A stretch of 60,688 nucleotides of DNA, the filler included, from Asterionella formosa (Eukaryota): the NCBI GenBank assembly GCA_002256025.1. It is 4 parts of 4 records of this genome, joined end to end, with 100 filler letters (N's around TTAATTAATTAA, not from the genome) between each part and the next. Parts side by side here need not be neighbours in the genome. Positions count along the whole stretch, not along the records: positions 30,412 to 45,513 come from NKIB01005595.1; positions 45,614 to 60,688 come from NKIB01005607.1; 2 more parts are not named here. One strand, written 5' to 3'. A model generated the notes under the pieces. The model made no database searches and was not told the DNA's origin. It saw only the letters and a program-made list of their open reading frames with translations. Of the stretch, positions 34,700 to 46,349 are shown piece by piece. Position numbers and translations under genes: made by a program. Each line of letters opens with the position of its first letter. Position 1 is the stretch's first letter.

Positions 34700-37534
34700 A
34701 TGAAGTGTGCAGCATTTGCCTCGTGGCTCCTACTCCTGCCGAGTGTTCAAGCTCAGAAGCCTAGATCGCTTTTGCGTTCAGGAAGTTTTGAAAAGGTAAG
34801 GAAAGCATGAATTTTGTCATACGGTATTTATGTTCGAATTCGGGAAGTCTTTCGTTCGCTCCTCCATGCATTATAAAATAATCTAACGACATAATCCCTT
34901 CCTGCGAATTCATAACAGGCTAAAAACTTGCAGTCAGAATGGGACTTTGCGGTCTCCAACGAAGCTATCAATGATGTTAACCACGATGTTGTCTTGGCTG
35001 GTATCATTCATCATGGAGCCGAAATCTCCACGAACTCGTTGAACTTTTTGGTCGAAGTGACCTGTATTAACAAAATCCGCACTCATGTCTTAGGAGCTGA
35101 TGATATGGAAATTCTCGCCGACATGTACAATCGCCTCAAGGACAAGAGGTTTCCAGGCCAGCTATGCGCACCACTGATGGTTGCTGCTCAGCCTATCATC
35201 ACTCAAGAGCAGAACCGCATTACTCGAATCGTCAATGCCCGAGAGTATCAAAAAAATTCTATCGCCGAACAATACGTATTTTCGAATCTTGACAAGGCGA
35301 CAATCATTTTGGCCGATTTGGACGTGAATGAGCTGCCACCTCGTGATCAAGTTGTCAATAACGCCATGAAGATGAATCGCCGTACTGGCATGGATGTCGA
35401 CGTCCTGTGCTCTGCTGGAAAGATGCTCAATCCAAACGGATATTACGACACTTTTGCCACCATCCTGCTACCTGATACTTTCGTGTACCCCATTGGAGGT
35501 CGCCCAGTTCTGAAGGCCCGCCCTGAGGAGGACCCATCCTTGATCATTGGCGAGAACTTCAACGCTGAACAACTTATGGAATGGTTTCAAGTCAAAGGTG
35601 GCGCTAATGCAGATCCAGTTCCTGTCAAGTCATGCTTCGGAGGTCTTGCTATTTACAGAGCCAGCAAGTGGCTCGATCAGCGTTGCTCGTACAAGGACCT
35701 TCAACCCGAAGTTAACGCCAAGTATGCTAACCGATACGATAAGGCGCCTTGCGAACACGTTGTCTTGCACAACTGCCTCCAAGCGATCGACCCAAGTGTT
35801 GTGATTGCTGTGCAACCTGACATGCACACTCTATGGCATACTACCGCCGGTCCTCAATATGCTCTTGGCAGTTACCCTGAGGTCGCAGCTAACTTTATTC
35901 TTGATCACCTGTATTCTGTTCACAGTGCCCGTCACTTGCTGGGCTCCAACGCCACCGGGAACTTTACAAACTCTTCCCTCGTCGACAGTACCATGGCGAA
36001 CTCTACCTTCATCAACAACACATTCTTCAACTTTACGGTCATTCCTCAGTGGGTTATTGACGCGATATTCAACAGCTCAATTTTCGATCTGAACTGTACC
36101 ATAGTGAATACAACCAACCTCTCAGGATTTAGCAACTTCACTGTCACTAATTGCACTAAAAACAGTTCCGATCGACGAATGGTAGCGATCAACGACTTGG
36201 TCCGCGTCCTCTATAGCGGCCAATTCAATTCCAACAATACTTCGACAAACATCACAAGCGGAAACACCACTATCGGCAACAGCACCAACGGCAACTTGAC
36301 CATCGCTGGTTTCCCTAACATCAACGATTTTATTCATTGGGTGTACGACAGCTTACCTGATTTTGGAAGCATCTTGAACTCTACAAACTCAACAAATTCA
36401 ACGATATTACCAACCAACTCTACAAACTCAACTCGCAAACTTGAGCTCAATGTTGCCCCTGAACGGATCTTGCTCACTGAACCCGTTGCCCCTGAACGCA
36501 TCTTGCTCACTGAACCCGTTGCCCCTGAACGCATCTTGGTCACTGAACCCGCCAAGGTTAAGGTTGACTTTGCCATTGTTGGATTCCCCAAGTGTGGAAC
36601 TACATCCTTGTTATTCGCATTCAAGAACAACCAAGAAACATCAATTGGCAATGTCGAAGAGTGCAGATTCGCAGATTCCAGCATTTCTAATGAACAAGCA
36701 TATACTGCGTTGGAAACTGCAGTTTCCGGGCTCTCCCAGGACCCATCTGTCAAGCGTGGTATCAAATGCCCTATTGGCCTTGACAATGTCCATTCTATTG
36801 ATCGGCTTGACGCTCACTCTCCTCAAGTCAAGCTCCTCATTGGAATCCGGCACCCAGTCAAGTTCTTCCAGTCGTACTATAACTATCGAGTCACTGAGAT
36901 TTACGATCACAAACATTCAGCTGACAGCATTCCACCTCTGGAGTCCCTTGTTGGCAAGAATCAATGGAACGGAGTCTCGACCGAATCTGCCCGATTCGAG
37001 TTATTCCTGATGCAACTTGGCAAAACTGACATGTCTATTGATGACTTTGAATCCATGTATGAGCGTCCTCACCTGGCGGTCAAGCCCAACAAGTTCAAGA
37101 TCTTTCTTTACACCCTTTCCCAGATGGAAGACACAACCAAAGAACGCAAGGAAAGTTTCCGAGAGCAATTGCGACAATTCCTTGGCCTTCAAAATCCTTT
37201 ACCGGAAGTGCCCCAGGAAAACAGGAATCCTTTCGTGGGTAAGAAAGCACACAATGAGACAATTGACATCTGCGACTCCAAGTACGACGCTGTGCGAGCA
37301 ATGCTTGTCGAACAAGGAGCGAAGACTCAAAAGTGGATTCGCGAGGAGTTCATCATGAGTCCTGATGTTGTCGTTGGAAACAGGGATCACTTTTTAGCAA
37401 TGCTTGACACTTGGAGTCACGATCCTTGTCGAGAGTACATAGCGGCTAAGGTTGATGGAGCGCCAACAGTATGGTTCTACATCCAGGGATTCATCACTCC
37501 TTTCTTCGATATGATTGGTTCGTTCTTCAGTTAA
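34700..37534 (+). CDS. Secretory-pathway fusion: CAP59/GT69-like glycosyltransferase domain + N-glycosylation-rich linker + PAPS-dependent sulfotransferase domain. Exons 34700-34795 and 34919-37534 (~903 aa)
   Basis: Signal peptide MKCAAFASWLLLLPSVQA; phase-0 intron 34796-34918. GT motifs ILADLDV, YYDTFA, VPVKSCFGGLAIYR, CEHVVLH. Sulfotransferase 5'-PSB DFAIVGFPKCGTTSL and 3'-PB IRHPVKFFQSYYNY. Confidence 0.85.
36452..36550 (+). repeat. Coding tandem repeat, 3 x 33 bp (VAPERILLTEP)
   Basis: GTTGCCCCTGAACG starts at 36452, 36485 and 36518. Confidence 0.95.
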
Positions 37535-37721
37535 AGAGTCGCTCAAAGAACACTAAACCCAATTTTAACTTTTGTATTTATGTATATAAACCGGTATTCA
37601 TGATTACCTTTTGCCGTGTAGATACCGATGTGTATTTTATGTCTTCAGTTAACTCGTGTCTGTTTATAAATTCGTGGCGCTCAGGTCTTGGTCAGGTCTT
37701 GCTCAGGTCTTGCTCGACTCC

Positions 37722-38003
37722 TGTTGTGGTAGAAATGACTGGAGGGAGTTATTATCCTCATACGTTAGGAGACATCCCGGTTTGAAATTACCTACCGGTA
37801 CATGAATATATGTATATGTTGAATCGATTGAATCGACCACAATTTGCACTAGTAACAGTAAAACCCATAATTCAATTAAAACTTTTAGGAATGGTTACAA
37901 TCAATCTCTGCAACATTGTTGTTCATATCTACAGCCTATGCGGTCCCTGCAATTTCCTTACAGGATACAAGAAAGATATAGAAGGCTTCGGGATGCAATT
38001 TCA
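37722..38003 (+). repeat. 5' LTR
   Basis: Shares ...AAAACTTTTAGGAATG.TTACAATC.ATCTCTGCAACATTGTTGTTCATATCTACAGCCTAT... and the GCAATTTCA end with 42041-42336. The left boundary is approximate. Confidence 0.8.
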
Positions 38004-41000
38004 AAAGCCAGGAAGTGCCACAAGCAAGTCAAGAAACCACATCAAGTGGACTGTGGAGAGTCCGGAGTCAAGAATTGAGGGTACCAGACCATGAAGAGTC
38101 TTCAAAGGCGCAAAAGGCGCAAAATGAGTGGCAAAGGAAGGTTCACCAAGAAGGCTCAAGTCAACAAGGGCAACAAGTTCCAAGCCATGGGAGAGAGCAA
38201 TAATCATGCATCCCATTCAAACAAGCAAGAGTTCTATCAATGACTACAACTATTACCTTGGATCAGCAAAAACTGCGCTCAAGTTGTTAGAACCAATGAA
38301 GCAACACATTGGCATGGAAGCCAAGAATGCAGTTGAGCTCTGCAATAAACAGATGAAGACCATGCTGTAAATCGAGTTTAAGTACAATTATGATGCTTAT
38401 AGCAAGATGGTACAGACCTATGAAAATAATAATACAAGGGCACATGCGTTGCTCTAAGAAAGATGCAACAAACAAGCCATGAAAAACAAGATAGAAGAAG
38501 CAAGATCGGATTACATTAGGATCGAAAACAACCCAATAACATTGCTTATTGCAATTAAAGAACATGCACAAAATTATTAGGAGAATCGATATTACATGTC
38601 AATCAATTTAGATTCAATGAGAACGGTTTTAACTACAAAGCAAAAGGTAGGAGAAAGTCGCTCTTCAAGACTGCTAGCATACCAAGCAAGAGATTTTGTG
38701 TGGCACAAGATGTGCTCAAGTCACACATTGGAGGACCCATAATCCTCACCAAGTTCGTCAAAGCCATGGATGGGTACAACGAGACAGATATAAAGCTATG
38801 AGATAAATTTCGTGGACAGGCTTACAGTCAATTACTGGCCTACTTATACCTTGACAATGCGGGCGGATAATGCCAAATATGGATCAATTCTTACCAGGCT
38901 TGATATCAATCAACAGTCACTTGGCAATTATCAATACCCGAAGAATATCACTGAGTCAAACAATGTTCTCAGTAACCATAGGTTCGACATAACAACTAAA
39001 CCCAACAGTCATAAGAATCCAGGAGATCATAATAAAGACAGGGAACAAAAAGGATGAAGTGAAGGAAGAAGAAGACGTGAACTTATCGTTCGCACAATAA
39101 GAAAGAAAAGTTGCTGCTGTGGATGAGTGGGACACAAATAACCGTCCTGTTTTGAGAAAAATAAACCCAAAGAGGAGGAAAGGGCAATCAGCAAAGCTCA
39201 ACATAGCCACGCACACGCTACGACATCAGACACAAGTATAGTTACTACCTCTGTAAGTTCCAACCCTGTACCATCACAAGCTTCACAACAATCAAATGTC
39301 AATCAATTTGGATGGGCGGGAGCACATATCGAACTACAATTTTATCAAGCATCTGAGAGGCGCAACTGGATACTCTTAGACAATCAATCAAGTGTCACAG
39401 TCTTTTGCAATCCAAAAATGGTCAAGAACATTCAAGTTTCTACCAACGGGAGCATGCACCTTGCCACTAATGGTGGATTCATCATCACCTATTTGAAGGT
39501 TGCTCTTCCACAATGGGATGAAGTTGGTTTAATAAAAGGGCAATTACTAACATCTTCAGTTATGCCGAAATGGCAGGCAGACAGGTACAGAATCACTTAT
39601 TGTTTAGAAAAGCAAGATTACAAACCAGTTCGATTCCAAAGAGTCAGAATGAATCTATATGTATTCAAGCCTCCTACATCGCTCTATAAAAGCTGAAAAT
39701 GCTCATTTGTAAAACACTGTTGATGAAAACAAACTTTCTACACAGAACATCAATTTGAAAGAGCCAAGTGAGCTTGTGTCTCATATCACACTTTGGGCAC
39801 GCCATTGATTAATGATTTCAAGGCAATACTTTGTATGAATACAATCAGTAATAAACCTGTGACTACCAATAAAATCAAGATTGTCGAGAAACTTTTCGGA
39901 CCTGACATCAGCACACTAAAAAGCATGACAACTTTTCACAAACCGCTGCCAGCATTTATTTATCTACGCTACAATGACAATTCACAAGGAGTTCATGAGT
40001 TACTACACCTCCCAACTAATTCCCTTATCACTAGATATACAGTTACTCCCCTACCACTTACTCCTCTGGCAATCATAAATCAAGTGCACACCCTTGCTGA
40101 GCAGGAAAAGATGCCAGATGGTCCCAAGATATCTAATCGAACGGGACAACTATTTATGATAGTGGTTTGGAATGCAGGAGTGGATTATGACAATGAAACA
40201 TTTAAAGATGCACAAGATGAAGACTACAATCAACAACAAGCTAGTGATGACAATAGTAATGAAAAACTGCTCAAAAGAGACTATGATGAAATGGCTCCAG
40301 ATGAAATATATGAAGCACCAGAACAGTTCGAACTAGACAATATCCAAGAGGATGACCCTGAACCTGATGGCAACAACGAAAATAACGTTGAAATGAATGC
40401 TGATGAAATCAAAGACGAGGACGAAGAACCAGTAAATGAAACTGAAAATGAAGAGGCAATGATAGAATAATAATTCAATCAAAGCATTGAGGATGACCCA
40501 ACACCGAACCAAAGAATGTTGCTTAGAACTACAAGATCTGGAAGGGTCTCAAGACCACCAACAAAACTTATTATGGTCCAACATCATTTGCATACTCAAG
40601 CACACCGTCAAGAAGAATATACAAATGAAAATGCAAAACTGATTGCAATGATGACAATGTGTTGTAACAACGAGATGTCTTTCAACAAAGAAACATTTCA
40701 CTTTGTTCACCAATCATACAGCTTAACAAAAGATCTCAAGAAATTTGGCCAGAAAGGAAGGAATGCTGCATTTAAGGACATGAAACAACTATACAATAGA
40801 GTTGTATTTGAACTAGTCAGGGTTGAAGAATTAATCGAGCTTGAGAAGCGATGCGTAACAATGGAAAGCCTAATTTTCTTGGTTGAAAAGAGAAACAAGA
40901 TAATAAAAGGCAGGGCTTGTGCCAATGGAAGTTCTCAATGAGAATAGACGGAAAGAGACGAGGCAGCTAATCCAACCACCATGACTGAATCTGTTATGAT

Positions 41001-41206
41001 AACAGCAACAATTGATGCGAAACAATGACGTGATGTTATGATGGCAGATATACCCAGTGCATTTATGCATGTGGATATCGACAAGAAAGAAAAAGGGGAA
41101 TGTATTGTTGTGAAGATTAGAGGATTACTTGTCAATATGTTGAAATAACTCAGCCCCGAGACTTATGAAAACTATCTTGTTTATGAAGGAAACAGCAAGG
41201 TCTAAC

Positions 41207-41444
41207 TTTTTTTAAATTAAATTTTATAGTACGTTAAAGCTTTACAATAATCGCACTTGTTGTGCCCACATTCTCAATGGAATCAATTAATACCGGTTTT
41301 GTTCATCCATACGGTACAACGGGACCTGTCTTTTCTTAAGCCACACACCCCGGAACCCTAGAAACTACATGAAAAGGAAAGGTGGAGAATGCAGGAATCG
41401 AACTTGCCCCAGTAGAGGGTGTGCTAACTACTAAGCCATTCCCT
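41207..41444 (-). mobile_element. tRNA-derived SINE-like insertion (~240 bp) in the copia RT
   Basis: Minus-strand head GGGAATGGCTTAGTAG...GCAAGTTCGATTCCTGCATTCTCCACC has an A box, a B box, a T-arm and an acceptor stem. The A-rich 3' tail appears as T7 at 41207-41213. Flanking 18-bp direct repeats 41189-41206 and 41445-41462 match at 14/18. Confidence 0.72.
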
Positions 41445-42040
41445 GAAACAGCTCGGTCCTACTATATATTAGGATGATCAAGGCACTATATGATATGTTG
41501 CATTATGATTTTCTTGAAAGCAACTCAAAATTATGTTGCTTCTATGAGTGTTGATGACACTCAGAGCATTAAATGGCATGTTGATGCGGCGTTTGCAGTC
41601 CACAAGGATTATAAAAGTCATACAGGAGCTACGCACATTATTAGTACTTGCAAAAGGAATTATTTGTTTTTTGTCTACGAAACAGAAAGTGAACATGAGA
41701 AGTTTGACTGAAGCACAATTGGTCAGTGTCTACAACAATATATCAAAGGTGTTGTGGAAAAAACTGTTTATCGAAGCACAGGGACACAAAGTGACTACTA
41801 CGAATGTTATTCACTAGCGCAAAAAGCTGGAAGAGAAAGGAAAAGTAAGTTCAGGAAAATGCACGCGAAATTTCAACATTTTTTTTACATCACTGATCAA
41901 AGGAAGTACAAATTGAGTATTGTCCAACGGATGCAATGATTGAAGACTACAGGACAAAACCATGATTGTTGGTAAAAAATTTATTCATTTTCGTACCCAA
42001 ATTATGAACTCAAAGTTAGCATCCATGTCCAGAAGGAGTG

Positions 42041-42336
42041 TGTTGGAGAAATTATCTGAGGAGACGGCAACATCCCGTTATGAAATTATCTATATAAATA
42101 TGTATATGTTGAATCAAATGAATCAAAAAGAATATGGTACTACCAAAATCAGAATTCGAAAACAATCTGCACCAACAATGACAGTTAAACCGATAATTCA
42201 ATCAAAACTTTTAGGAATGTTTACAATCGATCTCTGCAACATTGTTGTTCATATCTACAGCCTATTTGGTACCTGATGTGTCCTCACAGGATAGTACCAG
42301 AAAGCAATAGCTAGAAGGCTTTGGGGCGCAATTTCA
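42041..42336 (+). repeat. 3' LTR
   Basis: Begins TGTTGG after the purine tract, ends GCAATTTCA, and is homologous to the 5' LTR. Confidence 0.85.
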
Positions 42337-43075
42337 CCACCTGTGGGTCCCGCCCGAATGCTGGAATGCTGCTGAATATCCAATATAGAAGTATGCTGAA
42401 ACCATTTTATGTGGGCCAGAAGGGTGCTATACTTGTCTCCTCATGAGAAATGGAATTGTATATTCTTGATATAATCTATACGCTATCCTGGTACCAGTAG
42501 TTTGGTCTGCACGTCTGCGCCATAAAGTAGCATTGTAATCTGGTGAGTGAAGATGATGACAATGATGATGAATGCATTCATCATTTCTTTTTACTTTGCA
42601 ATGTAGCTCTGGAAAGGAAGCAGTGACAAAAAGGAAGGCCAATGGGAACATGTTGAAAAGCTCAATCACGTGGACGCTTTTGAGAATATATATAGAATGC
42701 CCCTTTGAGCTTTCAACAAGTTGGTTTCCTACTAGAGATTGAGGTTACAGGATATTCCTCCAAGTTTCTCTCCTCTCTCCATACCAGTGATTGAAACACC
42801 ATTATAAAGAATGATTGACGAAATAATTCCTCTTGACTTGACAATTCGCACATCCTTTTTTGGTCCCCTTGTTGTCAGCCTACATAGACTTGAACTTCTT
42901 GACATTTCCCTGTTTTGAAGAATAAAATTAGCATAAAACCTAGTATGTCACTAAGAGGTGATCGCCATGCATACAGACGATTTTAAAGTGTGAATTAAAG
43001 ACGTTTTCTATGTGATTAAACGCCTGTCCTGCGTCATGCTATCAATTTCACCAAAATGACCGCAACTTGCAGGTT

Positions 43076-43842
43076 CCAGTAAAAAACTGCCATGACCCAT
43101 TGAGATTATTTTTGAACTGCCATGACCCATTGAATGCAGAATAACACGTTTTGCAATCAAAACTTAAAATAAATGTAGGCTCCTTCCCAAGCATATAGGC
43201 TAATCAGCTATGTAATTAGTTTGAGATTTGGAGCAAGTTGCTCATCTCGATAGATTGCCTGAAATGGTCGATCAACCGAAAAACCATGAAGAACATGGAT
43301 CAGGATAAGTTTAGAAGTCACCGCATCATATGATATACGACAATGAATATAAAAATTTCGATATTGATTTGAACCTTCACCTCATTTGCGACAATATAGT
43401 ATATCTTGTCTTGGTATTGACTTCTACGGAGATCGCAAATTATTTAGGCGCACAGCATCATCATGCAAATGCGTTATGTATGATAATGGGTATACCAGGT
43501 AGGGAGTACATACCAGGTTTTCATCGCACCTTTCTAATAACACGCATGACAAGTCCTTTAACACATGACCTAATCCGTCCTCGAAAATGTATATAAATGT
43601 ATATTCGTTTATCGAGAAAAAAACTACATACTGCCATGACCCATTGATCACTTTTTAGCTGTTTTATTATCATTGTATCTTCTGATGAAATCGTTCAATT
43701 AGAATTCTAACATGACAGCTTGATTGATCGATGCTGCTCTGACACTGTCGAACAAACAGATCCGCAATTCGGTAGAATTTATCATTAGTCGGAGGAGTCA
43801 AACAAACACCCTAACTCAATGGTCATGGCAGTTTTTTACTGG
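43076..43842. mobile_element. MITE (~770 bp) with 28-29 bp TIR CCAGTAAAAAACTGCCATGACC(C)ATTGAG, probable TA target
   Basis: TIRs at 43076-43104 and 43815-43842 differ by one indel. Internal ACTGCCATGACCCATTGA copies occur at ~43116 and ~43630. TA follows the right end. Confidence 0.82.
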
Positions 43843-44853
43843 TACCAGTAATCAGAGTTGATTTTTCAACCAAAAAGGGAGCACAAAATCAACCGCAACC
43901 GGGTTGATTTTTTCTTCGTTGTACGACAGCAGTTCTGTACTTTACCGCGATCAAGTACTGAAAAATACCGGTTGATTTTTACAAGCAACTGCAGTATAAT
44001 ATCACTGACCTACTAGTATGCACACCAGTAGAAGGTGGGAGTATCTTGGGAGTTGCTGTAAAAGACGGTTTTTACTAAGTATAAAGCATACGAAAATAAA
44101 TTTCTCATTTCCCGCAGCCATCCTGTTGGTGCCAGGTGCACAGATTTACGCTCGCACATACATAGAGACGAATGACAACAATCTCTTTAAAAAAATTTCT
44201 CCTGGTATTTTAGTAGGCGCACTGTACATACCGGTAGTAACTTGGATTTTAGTAGGAGTACTGTACATAGTACCTGGTACTCCTCCAACCAGGCAACTAC
44301 GGAGTACTCAGTACTTGTCCTACATATAAAAAAATACACCATTATCCTCAACCACGTATTTATTAGCTACACCGAGCAACAATCGAACAAAAGCAAACTG
44401 TCTGATTTCGCAAGGTGCATGGCCGACGAGGAGGCAGGCGGCTGTTACGGCGAAAATAAATTAACAGTTATCTTCGCGCACAAATCGATGATAGTAAAAT
44501 GACTAACTCGATCCAAATGACTTGGGTTTATTTACATCCTTTTAATATGTGCAATGGAAATATAGATAACCAACTATGAATAGTATTCATCAACAGCTGT
44601 GCCGAAGCCAAATGCACTCAAATACGATTGCTATAAATCCCCTCTCGCCATTTGATATACACATTGTGCATGCCTGCTCGTCGAGTATCAGTATTGCTGA
44701 AGAGGTGGTAGTAAGATCCGGGTTGGTGAGATTCCTCGCCGTTTGCGTGTGTATCGCTATATTTCCCGCAATATTAGGAATTGTTTCCTCATTGCGACAT
44801 CGCCCTCACAATTTCGTGTGCCGACCATATTCAAGGGAAATTTATTCGAGACC

Positions 44854-45513
44854 ATGAAGTGTACAACATTTGCCTCATGGCTACTATTCCTGACGAGCGC
44901 TCAATGCCAGCAATTGAGGTCGTCGCTTCGTTCTGGAAGACCTGAAAAGGTAAGTTTGCATTCTGTGCACGAGGCAATTGTGTGCATCCTGTGGCAAAAC
45001 GACATTGGGGATGTCATCGGCACAAACAAACATCGGAATGATCAGTAACTTTCTTAAAAAAACATAATTTCTCATCCTCTTGCAACATGCCTTGATATTT
45101 CTAGGTTCGCTCCTTGCAATCAGAAGACTTCAACCACAACGTGGTTCTTGCTGGCATCATTCATCACGGAGCCGAAATCTCAACCAGTTCGCTCAATTTT
45201 GTGCTCGAGATGTCATGTGTTAATAAGGTTCGGACTCATGTTTTAGGAGCTGACGACATGCATATTCTTGCTTCAATGTACGATCGACTAAAGGAAGCGA
45301 GGTTCCCTGGACAGTTCTGTGCACCATTCAAGGTATCTACACAACCAGACTTCCTTGCTCAAGAGAATCGTATCAATCGAATCCAAGCTGCTAGAGACTT
45401 CCAAAGAAGTGCAATCAGGGAAAACTTTGAATTTGCAGAGCGGGATCATGCGACCATCATTTTGGCCGATTTGGACGTGAATGAGCTGCCACCTCGTGAT
45501 CAAGTTGTCAGTA
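44854..45513 (+). CDS. Tandem paralog of the 34700 GT(-sulfotransferase) gene, 5' part only, truncated by a gap. Exons 44854-44949 and 45105->45513
   Basis: Same 96-nt signal-peptide exon (MKCTTFASWLLFLTSAQC) and same intron position. Exon 2 NH.VVLAGIIHHGAEIST...ILADLDVNELPPRDQVV aligns with the first copy. Confidence 0.85.
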
Positions 45514-45613
45514 NNNNNNNNNNNNNNNNNNNNNNNNNNNNNNNNNNNNNNNNNNNNTTAATTAATTAANNNNNNNNNNNNNNNNNNNNNNNNNNNNNNN
45601 NNNNNNNNNNNNN
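45514..45613. other. Assembly gap with artificial linker
   Basis: N-run containing TTAATTAATTAA. Confidence 0.97.
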
Positions 45614-45804
45614 TGTGTAGACAGTGGCATCAACAGGTATTGTGCAAAGGTAATTTCTTTGTTACAACATATTGATCAAAATATTCAATTTACCAGGTGT
45701 TTACAATTGAGTCTTTGTTTAACAATTAATAGCATTCAAAGTGTAGTTCAGAGTGCATTGACTAAATATATATGATATGATTTACTAAAAATAAGTATAT
45801 CTAT

Positions 45805-46349
45805 TCATTTGGGACAGGTACATGAATTGTGCCCATTCACCCCACAATTACCACATTGATTTCCACTGACATATTCAAATCTTGACTTATCTCGTTGATT
45901 AGCACGGTTCTTAGAGCCTGGAGGATGTCCACGCTTCCTAACTACACTGACCACTGGATTTGAAAGCATATGTAGCGGTCGAGAAGTGGCTTCCTCAAGT
46001 CTTTGCAATAAAACGGGAACTTGATCAGCATCTACCGAATATAGGGTCTCTTGGATTGAGTTCAGCCGCTTCTGTCGTGGAGAGGAGACATTGGCTGCTG
46101 GGGATGAAGTCTCATGCTGAAGCATCCAATGCTCGTGAAAATCGGTGCTTTGGAATGTTCCAGAGCTTGCATATCCTTATAATATTTGGTAACAGCTTCA
46201 ATGCATTTTTCCCGAGAATCAAATGTGACTTGATCCATTAGATTGACGTCGGATAAATTTTCATCTCCCTCCTCTGTATTGTCCCCAATAGGTTCTGACA
46301 GCTTTGGTTGAGGAGGCATCAGAGTCAATTCGAACACAATGATGTGCAT
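45805..46349 (-). pseudogene. Internally deleted MULE/Mutator transposase relic
   Basis: N-terminal TFDSREKCIEAVTKYY lies next to C-terminal KRGHPPGSKN...RDKSRFEYV...CGNCGVNGHNSCTC, the usual end of MULE transposases. No catalytic core is present. Confidence 0.65.

Larger units (their letters stand above)
37722..42336 (+). mobile_element. Degenerate Ty1/copia (CoDi-like) LTR retrotransposon with both LTRs
   Basis: LTRs at ~37722-38003 and 42041-42336 (TG...CA); purine tract AGAAGGAG just before the 3' LTR. Broken gag; protease WILLDNQSSVTVFCN; RT (ESLIFLVEKRNKIIKGRACANGS, ADIPSAF); RNase H (WHVDAAFAVHKDYKSHTG). The integrase core and the RT C-terminal half are deleted. Confidence 0.9.

Noticed and set aside
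36334..37010. Overlapping alternative-frame and antisense ORFs (150 and 189 aa) in the fusion gene
   Set aside because: Shadows of the real CDS and its 33-bp repeat; no independent evidence.
41381..41444. Functional tRNA gene
   Set aside because: The anticodon arm is shortened with no clean stem-loop, and the sequence is part of an insertion flanked by a duplication. It is better explained as a SINE head.
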